Origin: a virus
Strand: one strand, 5' to 3'
Virus record (IMG/VR): IMGVR_UViG_3300045988_090210
Length of the DNA: 64,000 nt
How positions within the stretch are numbered: position 1 is the first letter of the stretch; every line of letters begins with the position of its first letter. The notes below the pieces were generated by a model that worked only from the letters and a program-made list of their open reading frames with translations, made no database searches and had not been told where the DNA came from. Both the position numbers and the translations under genes were made by a program. Shown here piece after piece: positions 26,121-34,981 of the stretch.

Positions 26121-26146
26121 TAGAATGTCCAGAAGATATAAAGGAG

Positions 26147-26851
26147 GTGAAAATTTTGAAAAAAATAGATATTATTGGCAATGTTTACTCTTCCAATCAT
26201 TATGGAGACTTCATTGTAGAAAAAGAATTGTACCCACAAGGAACAAATGTTTATTATCAAATCCGTTTCTTAAGTACAGGAACAACAACTAAAGCTGAAA
26301 AGCATAATATAAAGAAAGGCTCAGTAGCAGATTGTTACGCTAAAACAATTTATGGCGTTGCTTGTCGTGGGCGTGCATCTTCTAAATACCCTGTGTTAAA
26401 CAAAGTGGCTTTCAAACGTTGGTTGGCCATGTTGTCTCGTTGCTATAATAAAAACGATATTGGGTATAAGTCTTATGGTGCCAAGGGGTGTGTTGTTTCT
26501 GAAGATTGGCTTTGCTTTGAAAATTATGTGCGAGACATAATTAACATTAAAGGCTTCAACAAAGAAGAATATCTAAAGGGTATTATCCAGTTGGACAAGG
26601 ATGTTAAGATTCCTGATAACAAAGAATATTCTGTTGACAAATGTATTTTTCTAAATGCTTCAGCCAACAAGAAAAATCAACCTTCAAAGCAAAGATATTT
26701 TTATGCAATTTCGCCACAAGGCCAGCAATTTATATACAACAACGCCAATTTGTGTGCACAAGAACACGACTTAACCGCAAGAACCATCTTAAAATGCTTA
26801 AAAGGTCAATTCAAGCAACACAAAGGCTGGACATTCAAACTTGTAGTCTAA
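26147..26851 (+). CDS. intron-encoded endonuclease-like protein
   Basis: SD AAAGGAGG. YKSYGAKGCVVSEDWLCFENY segment. C-terminal module YFYAISPQGQQFIY...KGWTF resembles homing-endonuclease DNA-binding repeats. No catalytic motif firmly identified. Confidence 0.55.
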   Translation: MKILKKIDIIGNVYSSNHYGDFIVEKELYPQGTNVYYQIRFLSTGTTTKAEKHNIKKGSVADCYAKTIYGVACRGRASSKYPVLNKVAFKRWLAMLSRCYNKNDIGYKSYGAKGCVVSEDWLCFENYVRDIINIKGFNKEEYLKGIIQLDKDVKIPDNKEYSVDKCIFLNASANKKNQPSKQRYFYAISPQGQQFIYNNANLCAQEHDLTARTILKCLKGQFKQHKGWTFKLVV

Positions 26852-26976
26852 CGACTATCTCGAAAGAGAGTAGGGCGATTATGAAACGAATTGCTCGAAA
26901 AGCGGAGAACCCATATATATGGGTTGTGATATAGTCTACTCCCCTAATAAATATCGGGAAACCGAGGGTATAAAGG

Positions 26977-27315
26977 TTTGTTCGTCATCACATTGGATGC
27001 AATCATTATGTTCAGTCCCAACGCAATGACCGACAAAACAAGTATGACCGCAACAAGGCCTCACAAGACGAACTGGTAAGCCATATTATGTCCATCAACG
27101 CACAAGAGCTTGTGTTTATGGCTCATAAGCGTCTATGCAACCAAGCCTCTCCTGAGACTCGTGCTGTAATGCGAGAAATCGTAGATAAAGTTACTGAAAA
27201 ATGCCCTGAATTTAAGGGTTTTCTTGTCCCATTGTGCGAGTATAGAGGTGGGGTCTGCACAGAGTTTTACCCCTGCGGATATAATAAAACAATCAAGGAG
27301 AAAAACGATGCTTGA
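26977..27315 (+). CDS. thyX: ThyX-like protein, exon 2
   Basis: Begins FVRHHIGCNHYVQSQR (ThyX motif RHRxxxxxxxSxR, variant). NAQELVFMAHKRLCNQASPETR resembles [21 protein letters not shown]. Confidence 0.65.
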   Translation, partial: FVRHHIGCNHYVQSQRNDRQNKYDRNKASQDELVSHIMSINAQELVFMAHKRLCNQASPETRAVMREIVDKVTEKCPEFKGFLVPLCEYRGGVCTEFYPCGYNKTIKEKNDA

Positions 27316-27787
27316 ACTAAAGATTAAACGTTTATCTGAAACAGCGACAATCCCTACTAAAGCCCACCCTACTGATGCTTGTTTTGACCTATATGCGGAT
27401 ATTGGTTACATTACCGCGAGATATGTAGACGGTCTAAGGAAAGTCCCCGACTCTATCATCATTCGTCCCCATGAAACCGTTAAGATTCACACGGGTATTG
27501 CTACTAACATTCCTCATGGTTATTGGGGCGCTATTTTTGCCCGTTCTGGGCTTGCTACTAAACAGGGGCTAAGACCAGCACAGGGAGTGCCTGTCATTGA
27601 TGAACCTTATACAGGTGAGTGGTTAATCCCCTTACATAATGATACCGATGAAGACAAAATTGTACATCACGGAGATAGAATTGCACAGTTTATGTTACTA
27701 CCTTGGTATGAAACTGCAATTACCGAAATTGATGAACTTGAAGCCACAGACAGAGGCGCTGGAGGCTTCGGCAGTAGTGGTGTCTAA
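27308..27787 (+). CDS. dut: dUTPase (trimeric)
   Basis: Motifs DACFDLYA, ARSGLA, GVPVIDEPYTGEW, RIAQ, DRGAGGFGSSG. The ATG at 27308 overlaps the thyX-like stop. Confidence 0.9.
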   Translation: MLELKIKRLSETATIPTKAHPTDACFDLYADIGYITARYVDGLRKVPDSIIIRPHETVKIHTGIATNIPHGYWGAIFARSGLATKQGLRPAQGVPVIDEPYTGEWLIPLHNDTDEDKIVHHGDRIAQFMLLPWYETAITEIDELEATDRGAGGFGSSGV

Positions 27788-27789
27788 CC

Positions 27790-28146
27790 ATGATTATTGC
27801 AGTCGATTTCGACAAAACATTATCCCTTGGCGCACAGTATCCTTACATCGGTGAACCCAACACAGAACTAATCTCAATCCTCAATCAACTACAAGCCCTT
27901 AAACATACCATCATCCTGTGGACTTGTAGAGAGGGTAAAGAGCTAAATGAGGCCGTAGAATGGCTAAAATCTAAAGGTCTAACGCCTGATTATGTAAACT
28001 CTAACGTTCCTTGGTTGGGCTTTGATAGTCGTAAGATTGTGGCCGATTATTACATTGATGATTGTGCTGTTCATGTCCGCAATACAATCAAGCTAAAAGC
28101 CATTTTATATGACGGCAAGTTAAGACGTAATGATTGCCAAGGCTAA
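27790..28146 (+). CDS. HAD-superfamily phosphatase-like protein (possible nucleotidase)
   Basis: N-terminal DxD motif IIAVDFDKTL. Short alpha/beta layout. Last gene of the plus-strand arm. Confidence 0.55.
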   Translation: MIIAVDFDKTLSLGAQYPYIGEPNTELISILNQLQALKHTIILWTCREGKELNEAVEWLKSKGLTPDYVNSNVPWLGFDSRKIVADYYIDDCAVHVRNTIKLKAILYDGKLRRNDCQG

Positions 28147-28163
28147 CTAAACATCGAAAAAAA

Positions 28164-28203
28164 TAGGGAACTTAGACAGAGTAAAATCCATCTAAGTTCC
28201 CTA
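28164..28203 (-). terminator. terminator at the convergence point of both arms
   Basis: TAGGGAACTTAGA (28164-76) / TCTAAGTTCCCTA (28191-203), a 13-bp stem. On the minus strand it is followed by T7 (plus A-run 28157-63). Confidence 0.7.
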
Positions 28204-28228
28204 TAGTTATATATTAGATAGTTATATA

Positions 28229-28759
28229 TTAGCCACCAGCGGCCTCAAGTGTAATCTCAACAGTCTGGTCGCTATTGTTCACAACAGTCTGAGTCTTGGT
28301 AGTATACCCAGTCTTGCTTACGGTCAGAGTATAGCTATCACCAAGGCCAGAGAGTAGGAAAGTATTGGTTGTGCCAGTGATAGGAGCAATCTCAGCACTA
28401 TCAACGTCAGTTACTTTAATAGTAGCATCAGCAGGGGTGGCATTGATAGTTAGTAGAAAACCGTCTTGTAGGCTTACAACGCCCTTATTCAGCTTAAAGA
28501 AACGGCCATCAAGACCAACGCCACAGTTACCCTTAGCAATAACAGCTTCACCAACACCATTACCTTCACTATTATGTAGGGTTACAACCTTACTGTCCCC
28601 AACTTTAACAACAGTAAACAAGTCACCGTCCCAAAGCTGGCCACAAGTAGACACAGCATCTTCAATATTCACACTGTCAGCAGTTGCATCACAAATAACG
28701 CCATTGATTACTTTCAAAGTAATGCCATCAAGTTTAATACCACCACAAAATTTAGCCAT
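28229..28759 (-). CDS. hypothetical protein with C-terminal Ig/CarboxypepD_reg-like domain
   Basis: SD AAAGGAAG. C-terminal ATIKVTD...YTLTVSKTGYTTKTQTVV pattern. Last gene of the late arm, after the lysis genes. Confidence 0.5.
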   Translation of the reverse strand: MAKFCGGIKLDGITLKVINGVICDATADSVNIEDAVSTCGQLWDGDLFTVVKVGDSKVVTLHNSEGNGVGEAVIAKGNCGVGLDGRFFKLNKGVVSLQDGFLLTINATPADATIKVTDVDSAEIAPITGTTNTFLLSGLGDSYTLTVSKTGYTTKTQTVVNNSDQTVEITLEAAGG

Positions 28760-28779
28760 ATATCATCTTCCTTTTTATT

Positions 28780-29012
28780 GTTAAATTTTATTAACCCAAG
28801 CTAAAGCTTCATTAACAACACCTAAAACCTTACCATTGTCCACTTCAGTAAACGTAGGTAAAATAGCATCTATATAACTCTTGATCACAGCTTCATTAGC
28901 ATCACTGGGGTACCAGTTAATTTTAACTTACCCACCATAGTACCACCAAATTTAAGAATAGCACTAGCCTGAATAGCACCTGTCTTGCCATCTACATTAT
29001 AAATATAAAAAT
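28780..29012 (-). pseudogene. start-less, frame-shifted remnant of a tail-fibre gene
   Basis: Frame A reads ...YNVDGKTGAIQASAILKFGGTMVGKLKLTGTP then shifts. Another frame reads SDANEAVIKSYIDAILPTFTEVDNGKVLGVVNEALAWVNKI*. No start codon or SD. Confidence 0.4.
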
Positions 29013-29021
29013 TAGATTATA

Positions 29022-29390
29022 TTAACCCTCTAAAATATCCTTTAATTTTGTATAAGCGTCTTTAACATATTTAGTAGTCGCCACTACAAACGCCGTAATA
29101 ATTACAATGCTATCCAATACTTGCATAGTTTCTTCTGCAATATCAATTCCTACGTAAACCATGTAAATAGGTAGTGTACTTATAACAATAGAAAGCAAAC
29201 CAATGCCAACGCCAAGGACAATAAATTTAATCAGGCTTTGCCCAACCAACTTCCAATCAAAATCATATCCTTCAATCTTAACACTGCGCCAAGCACCAAG
29301 ACAAATATTAGACAAATATGCGCCTAAAAACAATACAACACCAATACCAACTTTTTCAAGATTATCTATAATAATAGTCATAATATTCAT
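29022..29390 (-). CDS. holin
   Basis: Multiple TM helices and a charged C-terminus, directly downstream of the endolysin. ATG at 29390 follows GAGGTG. Confidence 0.6.
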   Translation of the reverse strand: MNIMTIIIDNLEKVGIGVVLFLGAYLSNICLGAWRSVKIEGYDFDWKLVGQSLIKFIVLGVGIGLLSIVISTLPIYMVYVGIDIAEETMQVLDSIVIITAFVVATTKYVKDAYTKLKDILEG

Positions 29391-29400
29391 TTTATGCACC

Positions 29401-31029
29401 TCATTTTAATAGATTTAATCTATACAATACAACTGCAAGTTGCCTACGAGTAACAGCACCGGTTGGATTAGTACCATCAAAGATACCCATATCACAAGCC
29501 TTATCCCATGCTAGTTCAAGTTCACCTTGAGCATCGGTCTTATCATTAGGCGTTTCAACAATATCATCGCTGGCATTATAAGGTAATATACCCGTGTTCA
29601 CATACTTTATCACGTCTTCTCTAAAATCATCCATTGACTTACCATGTTTAGGCCACCAATGCCCCACATCAGCATGAGCACTAGCAATTCCCTTAATATG
29701 TCCTTCTGCGTGTGAAAGCACAGTATTATTATCTATAGTTTTTTGCCCCAATTTATTTAATATATAAGCGCATGTAAACACTGCCTTACGATAAACATTT
29801 TCAAAATAAGCTTGGTTTTCTTTTACATTATAAAGTAAATAAGACCCTTTACGCTTCTGCAAGGCATGGAGAGTACCAAGACCAACAATACCATCAGCCG
29901 TCAACCCTAGTTTCTTTTGAAATGCTAAAACAGCATTTTTTGTACCAGATCCAAAAATACCATCGATACCATTAGGATTATGCCCCCAAGCTTGTAACTC
30001 CTGTTGAAGCAACTTTACAGCATAAATAGTATTATTAGAACTACCTTGGCTCAAATTCTTCCAGTTTACGTCAAGCAATCGAGTATTTAGAGGTTCACAT
30101 ACTTCACATCCAACATGAGTACTATTTCCCGTACCACCACAATGCCATGTTCGGATACCAATTGGCATCATTTGATAAATACCAGTATCGTCAATAATAA
30201 ATTCTGTTTCAGCCGCTGCACTTGTGCTATTCCAAGTTTTAATAAAAGCAGATGCTTTAGCGCCCGGCGTGCCTGTACTATGTTGCATATATCCAGTCTT
30301 AATCTTTTTCTCTTGTTTTTTATATCTAGGGTTATTTGTTAAAAAGGCTGGTTGAATAGTAAATCCTGTGTCTGTGGTAATAGTAGTCTCCTCCTGTTTT
30401 GGATCGGTCGTAGGCTGAGTAGTGATTTCATTACCTTTTTTTAAATATACTAAAATTAAATTCTGTGACTTGGAAATACCTTGCATCGTAGTCCCATCGC
30501 TATAAAAATTAACCTTACCTCCACCGTCACCCATGATAAATTCCGTCACGCCTTTGGCAAACATATAGTCTCTTAATTTTTCAGGCGTTTTAGCATCGGA
30601 TGTTCCATCTTTACTTGCATACAATACCAAATTCTTACCTTTAATACCAATCCCCGTTCGGCCTCTCACCCCACCAACATCTTTATTATAAATAACAAGA
30701 TTATTAGGATAAGCAGACCCATTCGCAATTAATGTGCAGCAAGTATAATAATTATCATATCCATCAGCTTCAGTGGGAATTCTACATTGACCAAAATCAT
30801 CAGGAGTGTTCCATCTAAAACCTCTACATACATATGGCGCAGACACTAAAACAACACCATCTTTTTTTAATGGACAAGTGGCTTTCCAAGACGTATTATA
30901 AAAATTGCCTGTTACAGCATAATCACAACCAGTTTGCTTTACAATTTGTGATAAAGATAGCTTTTTAGAGTTGATATAAACTTCAATCTTTTTAATTTTA
31001 TTAAAAGGAATATAAGAAATTCTTTCCAT
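29401..31029 (-). CDS. multidomain endolysin (NAGPA-like, Amidase_2, PG_binding_1 and SLH-like domains)
   Basis: Amidase_2 ...TWHCGGTGNSTHVGCEVCEP. PG-binding GIDGIFGSGTKNAVLAFQKKLGLTADGIVG. SLH-like C-terminus GIFDGTNPTGAVTRRQLAVVLYRL. N-terminal ...FIMGDGGGK. Confidence 0.85.
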   Translation of the reverse strand: MERISYIPFNKIKKIEVYINSKKLSLSQIVKQTGCDYAVTGNFYNTSWKATCPLKKDGVVLVSAPYVCRGFRWNTPDDFGQCRIPTEADGYDNYYTCCTLIANGSAYPNNLVIYNKDVGGVRGRTGIGIKGKNLVLYASKDGTSDAKTPEKLRDYMFAKGVTEFIMGDGGGKVNFYSDGTTMQGISKSQNLILVYLKKGNEITTQPTTDPKQEETTITTDTGFTIQPAFLTNNPRYKKQEKKIKTGYMQHSTGTPGAKASAFIKTWNSTSAAAETEFIIDDTGIYQMMPIGIRTWHCGGTGNSTHVGCEVCEPLNTRLLDVNWKNLSQGSSNNTIYAVKLLQQELQAWGHNPNGIDGIFGSGTKNAVLAFQKKLGLTADGIVGLGTLHALQKRKGSYLLYNVKENQAYFENVYRKAVFTCAYILNKLGQKTIDNNTVLSHAEGHIKGIASAHADVGHWWPKHGKSMDDFREDVIKYVNTGILPYNASDDIVETPNDKTDAQGELELAWDKACDMGIFDGTNPTGAVTRRQLAVVLYRLNLLK

Positions 31030-31049
31030 TCTTTCCCTCTTTTCATTTT

Positions 31050-31082
31050 TATAAAAATATAGGGGCGCTTAGGCCCCTATAT
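31050..31082 (-). terminator. rho-independent terminator (minus strand)
   Basis: ATATAGGGGC (31057-66) / GCCCCTATAT (31073-82). T-run on the minus strand (plus A-run 31053-57). Confidence 0.6.
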
Positions 31083-31084
31083 CT

Positions 31085-31405
31085 TTACCCAATATGAACA
31101 GCTTTAACAGCATAACCATCCTGATTATAATGAATTTCATATTTGTTACCAGATACATATTGAGTCTGAACAGTATTTGCAAACTCAATCTTACGGCTCA
31201 TATCTAAAGAACGTTGAACAGGATTGTTTTTCCCCTCGGAGGCCACAAAGCCTTCTTTCATCTCTTGTTCAGTCCAGCCACCTTCTTTACCTTCAACTAG
31301 ACGAACATTGGATCCAGCGGCTTTTAATTCAGCATTAATTTGTTCATAGGTTTTTCCATCTTCCATGCCTTTACGAATAATATCTTCAATCTTATTATTT
31401 TTCAT
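31085..31405 (-). CDS. hypothetical protein
   Basis: SD GGAGG. Contains GGWTEQEMKEGF, also present near the tape-measure C-terminus. Confidence 0.5.
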   Translation of the reverse strand: MKNNKIEDIIRKGMEDGKTYEQINAELKAAGSNVRLVEGKEGGWTEQEMKEGFVASEGKNNPVQRSLDMSRKIEFANTVQTQYVSGNKYEIHYNQDGYAVKAVHIG

Positions 31406-31420
31406 AATGTTTTACCTCCA

Positions 31421-31579
31421 TTAGTTTTTTGTATCTTTTGCAGCCAACATTGCCACAAGCTCTTGATATTCCTCTGTAGTTAGTCTATCTGCCGCCAGAT
31501 AAACATCCATCTTCTCTTGGAGACCATTTGTGCGCCCTTTTTGAATAAGCAGTTTACAAAGATTAAATACAGATGCCAT
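31421..31579 (-). CDS. small protein, XkdX-like (52 aa, below the track cutoff)
   Basis: SD AAAGGAG lies 7 nt before the ATG at 31579. ...RLTTEEYQELV resembles XkdX-family small proteins that follow tail-fibre genes. Confidence 0.4.
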   Translation of the reverse strand: MASVFNLCKLLIQKGRTNGLQEKMDVYLAADRLTTEEYQELVAMLAAKDTKN

Positions 31580-31609
31580 GATTAAACTCCTTTCACATTA
31601 AAGCTATTT

Positions 31610-31900
31610 TTATGCATTCAATTCCAGCATACAGATCCGCTCTTCATGCTCTGCCATCAAATCAAGAGCAACATCTTCTGCTGTAGGCTCAGGCTCGGGT
31701 TCTGGTTCGGGTTCTGGAACAACGCCAGCTGTCATACTTGTGACGGTGTTTCCATCCAACTCAATCAAGACAAAGGGGAATGTCGCAGGAATCGGCATAG
31801 TTTCAGGAATGACAGCCCAGCCTTCCGGTACGGTCTGAAAACTACCTGTTTGGTTTCTATGCGCTCCGTTTTCAAGCGCAGTAATCTCAATAATTTTCAT
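31610..31900 (-). CDS. hypothetical protein with (EP)5 linker
   Basis: SD AGGAGG. VPEPEPEPEPEPT is encoded by a short GGTTC/GGCTC-type repeat at about 31684-31718. Confidence 0.5.
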   Translation of the reverse strand: MKIIEITALENGAHRNQTGSFQTVPEGWAVIPETMPIPATFPFVLIELDGNTVTSMTAGVVPEPEPEPEPEPTAEDVALDLMAEHEERICMLELNA

Positions 31901-31912
31901 GTACGCACCTCC

Positions 31913-32959
31913 TTAACCGAAAACAATATATCGATACGTAACATTTGAAGCGTTGCCCTGGGACTGCGGCCCATACGCTGCATTGTCCGTATCATTTGTG
32001 TACCAAGAAATAGATTTGCCATCGAATGTGCAGTACACCATATATCCGATTGTATGTGTGCCGGTTCCTACATAAGAAACGGTGTTACCATCGTTGATTA
32101 GGAACATTCCGGCATTTCCTCCGGCTGTGATATATACAATCTTTGGGATGCAGTTAAACGTCAGGCTGTTCGGATTTGCCTCACCATAAGCACCAGTACC
32201 CACATAACTTCCAATTTCTACACTACTTGCCACAGGTAATTTCTCAAAAGGCACCCCAATATATTCATACTCATACCCACCAGAAGAACCGCTATCTGGA
32301 TATGCGTTTCTGTTGTTGGATTGCAAGTATTCCCAATCCGTGTATCCTTGGGTACCTACAGAAGAAACAACAGTAACGTTACCGGAGCTGAAATACAAGC
32401 TATACCTAGACGTATCTCTACCATACGCTGGAGTTGTAGCAAATTTATATACGGTAGAAGGATCTGTATATAGATTTGTTACATATTTTCCCGCCAGTGT
32501 TCCATCAACAGTGGTACCTCTGTTTGAATAGCTGACATCAACTGTTTGTGGATTAACAAGGCTAATTGTTCCGGTAGATTGATCAACAGAAATAGAATCT
32601 GAATAATTGATTGGTCTAGTAGCAGACGTAGACCCAGGATTGTAAATAATATATACCTGTTTTGTGCTTGGTGATTCAGTTGTGGTATACACCGTGGTCG
32701 GCTGTCTTCTCCGCCACCAATACTGTGCATACTTTCCAAGGAATGCAAATACATCATCTGGGACTGCACTTGCACTTAACTGATATTTAGCCAAAGTATC
32801 ACTAGTTAACGTCTGTTCACTTGTAAAAACACCATCAACTTGTGTACCGATTGTTTTTGGGTATAAAGTGTCATAATCTGTACCGTTAAATTCTTTCATA
32901 ACGATATTCTTTTCAACTGCCAAAAAATTCCACTCCTTTACTCTATAATTTGAAACCAA
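31913..32959 (-). CDS. tail fibre / receptor-binding protein candidate
   Basis: Beta-rich, Ser/Thr/Gly/Tyr-rich, distal position in the tail module. Start uncertain (TTG after AAGGAG, or ATG at 32899). Confidence 0.5.
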   Translation of the reverse strand: MVSNYRVKEWNFLAVEKNIVMKEFNGTDYDTLYPKTIGTQVDGVFTSEQTLTSDTLAKYQLSASAVPDDVFAFLGKYAQYWWRRRQPTTVYTTTESPSTKQVYIIYNPGSTSATRPINYSDSISVDQSTGTISLVNPQTVDVSYSNRGTTVDGTLAGKYVTNLYTDPSTVYKFATTPAYGRDTSRYSLYFSSGNVTVVSSVGTQGYTDWEYLQSNNRNAYPDSGSSGGYEYEYIGVPFEKLPVASSVEIGSYVGTGAYGEANPNSLTFNCIPKIVYITAGGNAGMFLINDGNTVSYVGTGTHTIGYMVYCTFDGKSISWYTNDTDNAAYGPQSQGNASNVTYRYIVFG

Positions 32960-33213
32960 ACCTCACCAACATTTTGAGAAGGTTGTGCTGTTTGGCAAGG
33001 AATTTTATCAGTTTTAAAATTTGGATCGTTTAATCCTTCAACTTGCGTAATAAAATTTGTTAAATCATTAAGATTTGTTGCTGTTAAAGACTTTAATGCA
33101 AGTTGAGTTTTTTTAAGCAAAGCAACAGCTTCTGCATAATTACCAGCCTGATATAAAGTTTGAAATTGTGTCCATTTATCTTTATCTTCTAAATGAATAT
33201 CTTGATATTTCAT
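32938..33213 (-). CDS. hypothetical tail-fibre-associated protein
   Basis: Ends ...QPSQNVGEVWFQIIE. This C-terminal motif is shared with 33224-33538 and 36981-39116. Confidence 0.5.
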   Translation of the reverse strand: MKYQDIHLEDKDKWTQFQTLYQAGNYAEAVALLKKTQLALKSLTATNLNDLTNFITQVEGLNDPNFKTDKIPCQTAQPSQNVGEVWFQIIE

Positions 33214-33223
33214 ATATTACCTC

Positions 33224-33538
33224 TTATCCTGTAACTTGAAACCAAAAATCAGATTTTTCTTGGTTAACAGGTTGAGTTTCTGATACAACATAAGCAGGAG
33301 AATAACGCGCCCCAAAATATTTTTGTACAGCAATTACAGTATCATTTATTGTATTGAGATAATCAGCGGTTACAATCTTATTCTGATTGTTAGGAATTTG
33401 AGCAAGAATCTGTTGAGCAAGAGACAAATTACCAACTTGCATAGCATTTTGATATTGTTGAACTAATATTGCGTCTTGTGCTGTAATATCTTGCATTTGA
33501 GGAAAATTTTGAATCTGGTTTGGGAAAGATGTTGCCAC
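33224..33538 (-). CDS. hypothetical tail-fibre-associated protein
   Basis: Ends ...QPVNQEKSDFWFQVTG. Paralogue-like to 32938-33213. Confidence 0.5.
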   Translation of the reverse strand: MATSFPNQIQNFPQMQDITAQDAILVQQYQNAMQVGNLSLAQQILAQIPNNQNKIVTADYLNTINDTVIAVQKYFGARYSPAYVVSETQPVNQEKSDFWFQVTG

Positions 33539-33552
33539 AGATTATCACCTCC

Positions 33553-34977
33553 TTAATAAATTGGATAATACGGATAAAAACTAATCATTGATACTGACAT
33601 TGTTGAGCTAACACTACTATAATCCACAGAGTAAGACTTGACAATGTATCTGTTTTGTATTGTACTATCTTTGGGGGCATGAGATACAACGATATTTACA
33701 TCTATCCAAGGGATAGGGATAATGTCAAGTGTAAGACTATCATTTAGTCGACATTTCCAATAGATCTCAACTTTAGCCCTTTCCAACGCCAATTCATCAG
33801 ATATAATATTGTCATACTCTCCCCCGCACAGCACCTGTCTAATCACCCCAACCGACCCATTCACATAAAATGGGCTATCAGGGTTTTCATCTTTCCATGT
33901 GGCCTTAGCTTGTTGGTGACCCAAGAACAACCATGTTCCATTGGCCTGATACTGTGCAACGTAATACACATTATTTTGTAATGAAGTAATGTGCGCCCCG
34001 TTAGAATCAACCAAATCCTTAGCCCCAAACGAATTAATGGCCAGTTGTATATTACCAGATACAGCACTATTAGGAGTGAATCCTATAATGTCATATTCGT
34101 TGAGTTCTGTCAACTTGGCAATGGTCATAGTAATCACGGCCCCAGACACGCTAATTTCAGATGGGTAATACTCAGGATTGTGGGTTCGGCCATACACCTC
34201 AATGTAATTCTTTACACTGGCAAAATCGGTGCTAACGTTCTCCCCAACCAACACACTCTCCCAAATGTCATCGTCAATCATAACAGGCTCATCTTTCCCA
34301 GAGGGGATAAGCTCATAGTGAAACACGCCATCTACATCAAAGTAAATCTGATATTGGGGTAGAATGTCCCGCAAGGCCGACAGTATATCAAATACATAAC
34401 CGCCTTGGTCAATCTCTATATCGTAAGGAACAGCCTGTACCGTACCATCTTTGTTCTTGCACTCACTAACGATGTACTTACTAAACCCACCCAACTTGAG
34501 CGTTGCAATCATGGCCTCACGCACAGACTCTCCCTTCTTAATAACAGTAGGAATACCCTCAAGTTGACCATTTCTGGCCCCAGTCAGCTTAGACATCAAA
34601 TCAAGGCCAGAGAAGGACAGGGTATTATTAGTTGCATCGTATTGCCAAGTGGGTGTATCAATCAGATAAATTCCTTGATTATACCATTGAATTTCGTCCG
34701 TATAAATGTTCTTGAGGCCGATATATACTTGTATATACCTGTCTAAGAAAATGCGTCCTCCGGGCTGAATATCAAATGTTTTATTAACCGCTACAAGGCT
34801 CACATTACAACTGCGCCTCAAATCACTATCAGCGTCACACTGAATAGAGCAAGACAGCATATTACCGCTAACCTCATCTACCGTCCTATACTGAAAATCA
34901 AGCAAATTGAGCTTAATATACCGCTCTACATTGCGTTGTTTGATGATATTATAATCATTCTGAGTGATGTTTAACAT
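33553..34977 (-). CDS. tail-associated / baseplate hub-like protein (Tal-like)
   Basis: Position downstream of the Dit-like gene. The N-terminal region resembles phage minor structural/tail endopeptidase N-domains by eye. Confidence 0.4.
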   Translation of the reverse strand: MLNITQNDYNIIKQRNVERYIKLNLLDFQYRTVDEVSGNMLSCSIQCDADSDLRRSCNVSLVAVNKTFDIQPGGRIFLDRYIQVYIGLKNIYTDEIQWYNQGIYLIDTPTWQYDATNNTLSFSGLDLMSKLTGARNGQLEGIPTVIKKGESVREAMIATLKLGGFSKYIVSECKNKDGTVQAVPYDIEIDQGGYVFDILSALRDILPQYQIYFDVDGVFHYELIPSGKDEPVMIDDDIWESVLVGENVSTDFASVKNYIEVYGRTHNPEYYPSEISVSGAVITMTIAKLTELNEYDIIGFTPNSAVSGNIQLAINSFGAKDLVDSNGAHITSLQNNVYYVAQYQANGTWLFLGHQQAKATWKDENPDSPFYVNGSVGVIRQVLCGGEYDNIISDELALERAKVEIYWKCRLNDSLTLDIIPIPWIDVNIVVSHAPKDSTIQNRYIVKSYSVDYSSVSSTMSVSMISFYPYYPIY

Positions 34978-34981
34978 ACCA

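Larger units (their letters stand above)
25956..26976 (+). mobile_element. group I intron in the thyX-like gene
   Basis: Exon GCAU| pairs with GTGC (25966-69), giving a U.G wobble. The A-run 25962-65 can pair with exon-2 TTT. Terminal G at 26976. CGACTATC (26852-59) and GATATAGTC (26928-36) match the nrdD intron core. Confidence 0.7.

Noticed and set aside
26641-26934. ORF 26641-26934(+) overlapping the thyX-intron ORF and core
   Set aside because: It is out of frame with the SD-preceded intron ORF and runs through the P7-like core. No SD.
31684-31718. GGCTC/GGTTC microsatellite-like repeat
   Set aside because: It simply encodes the (EP)5 linker of ORF 31610-31900 on the opposite strand. 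It is short and in frame.
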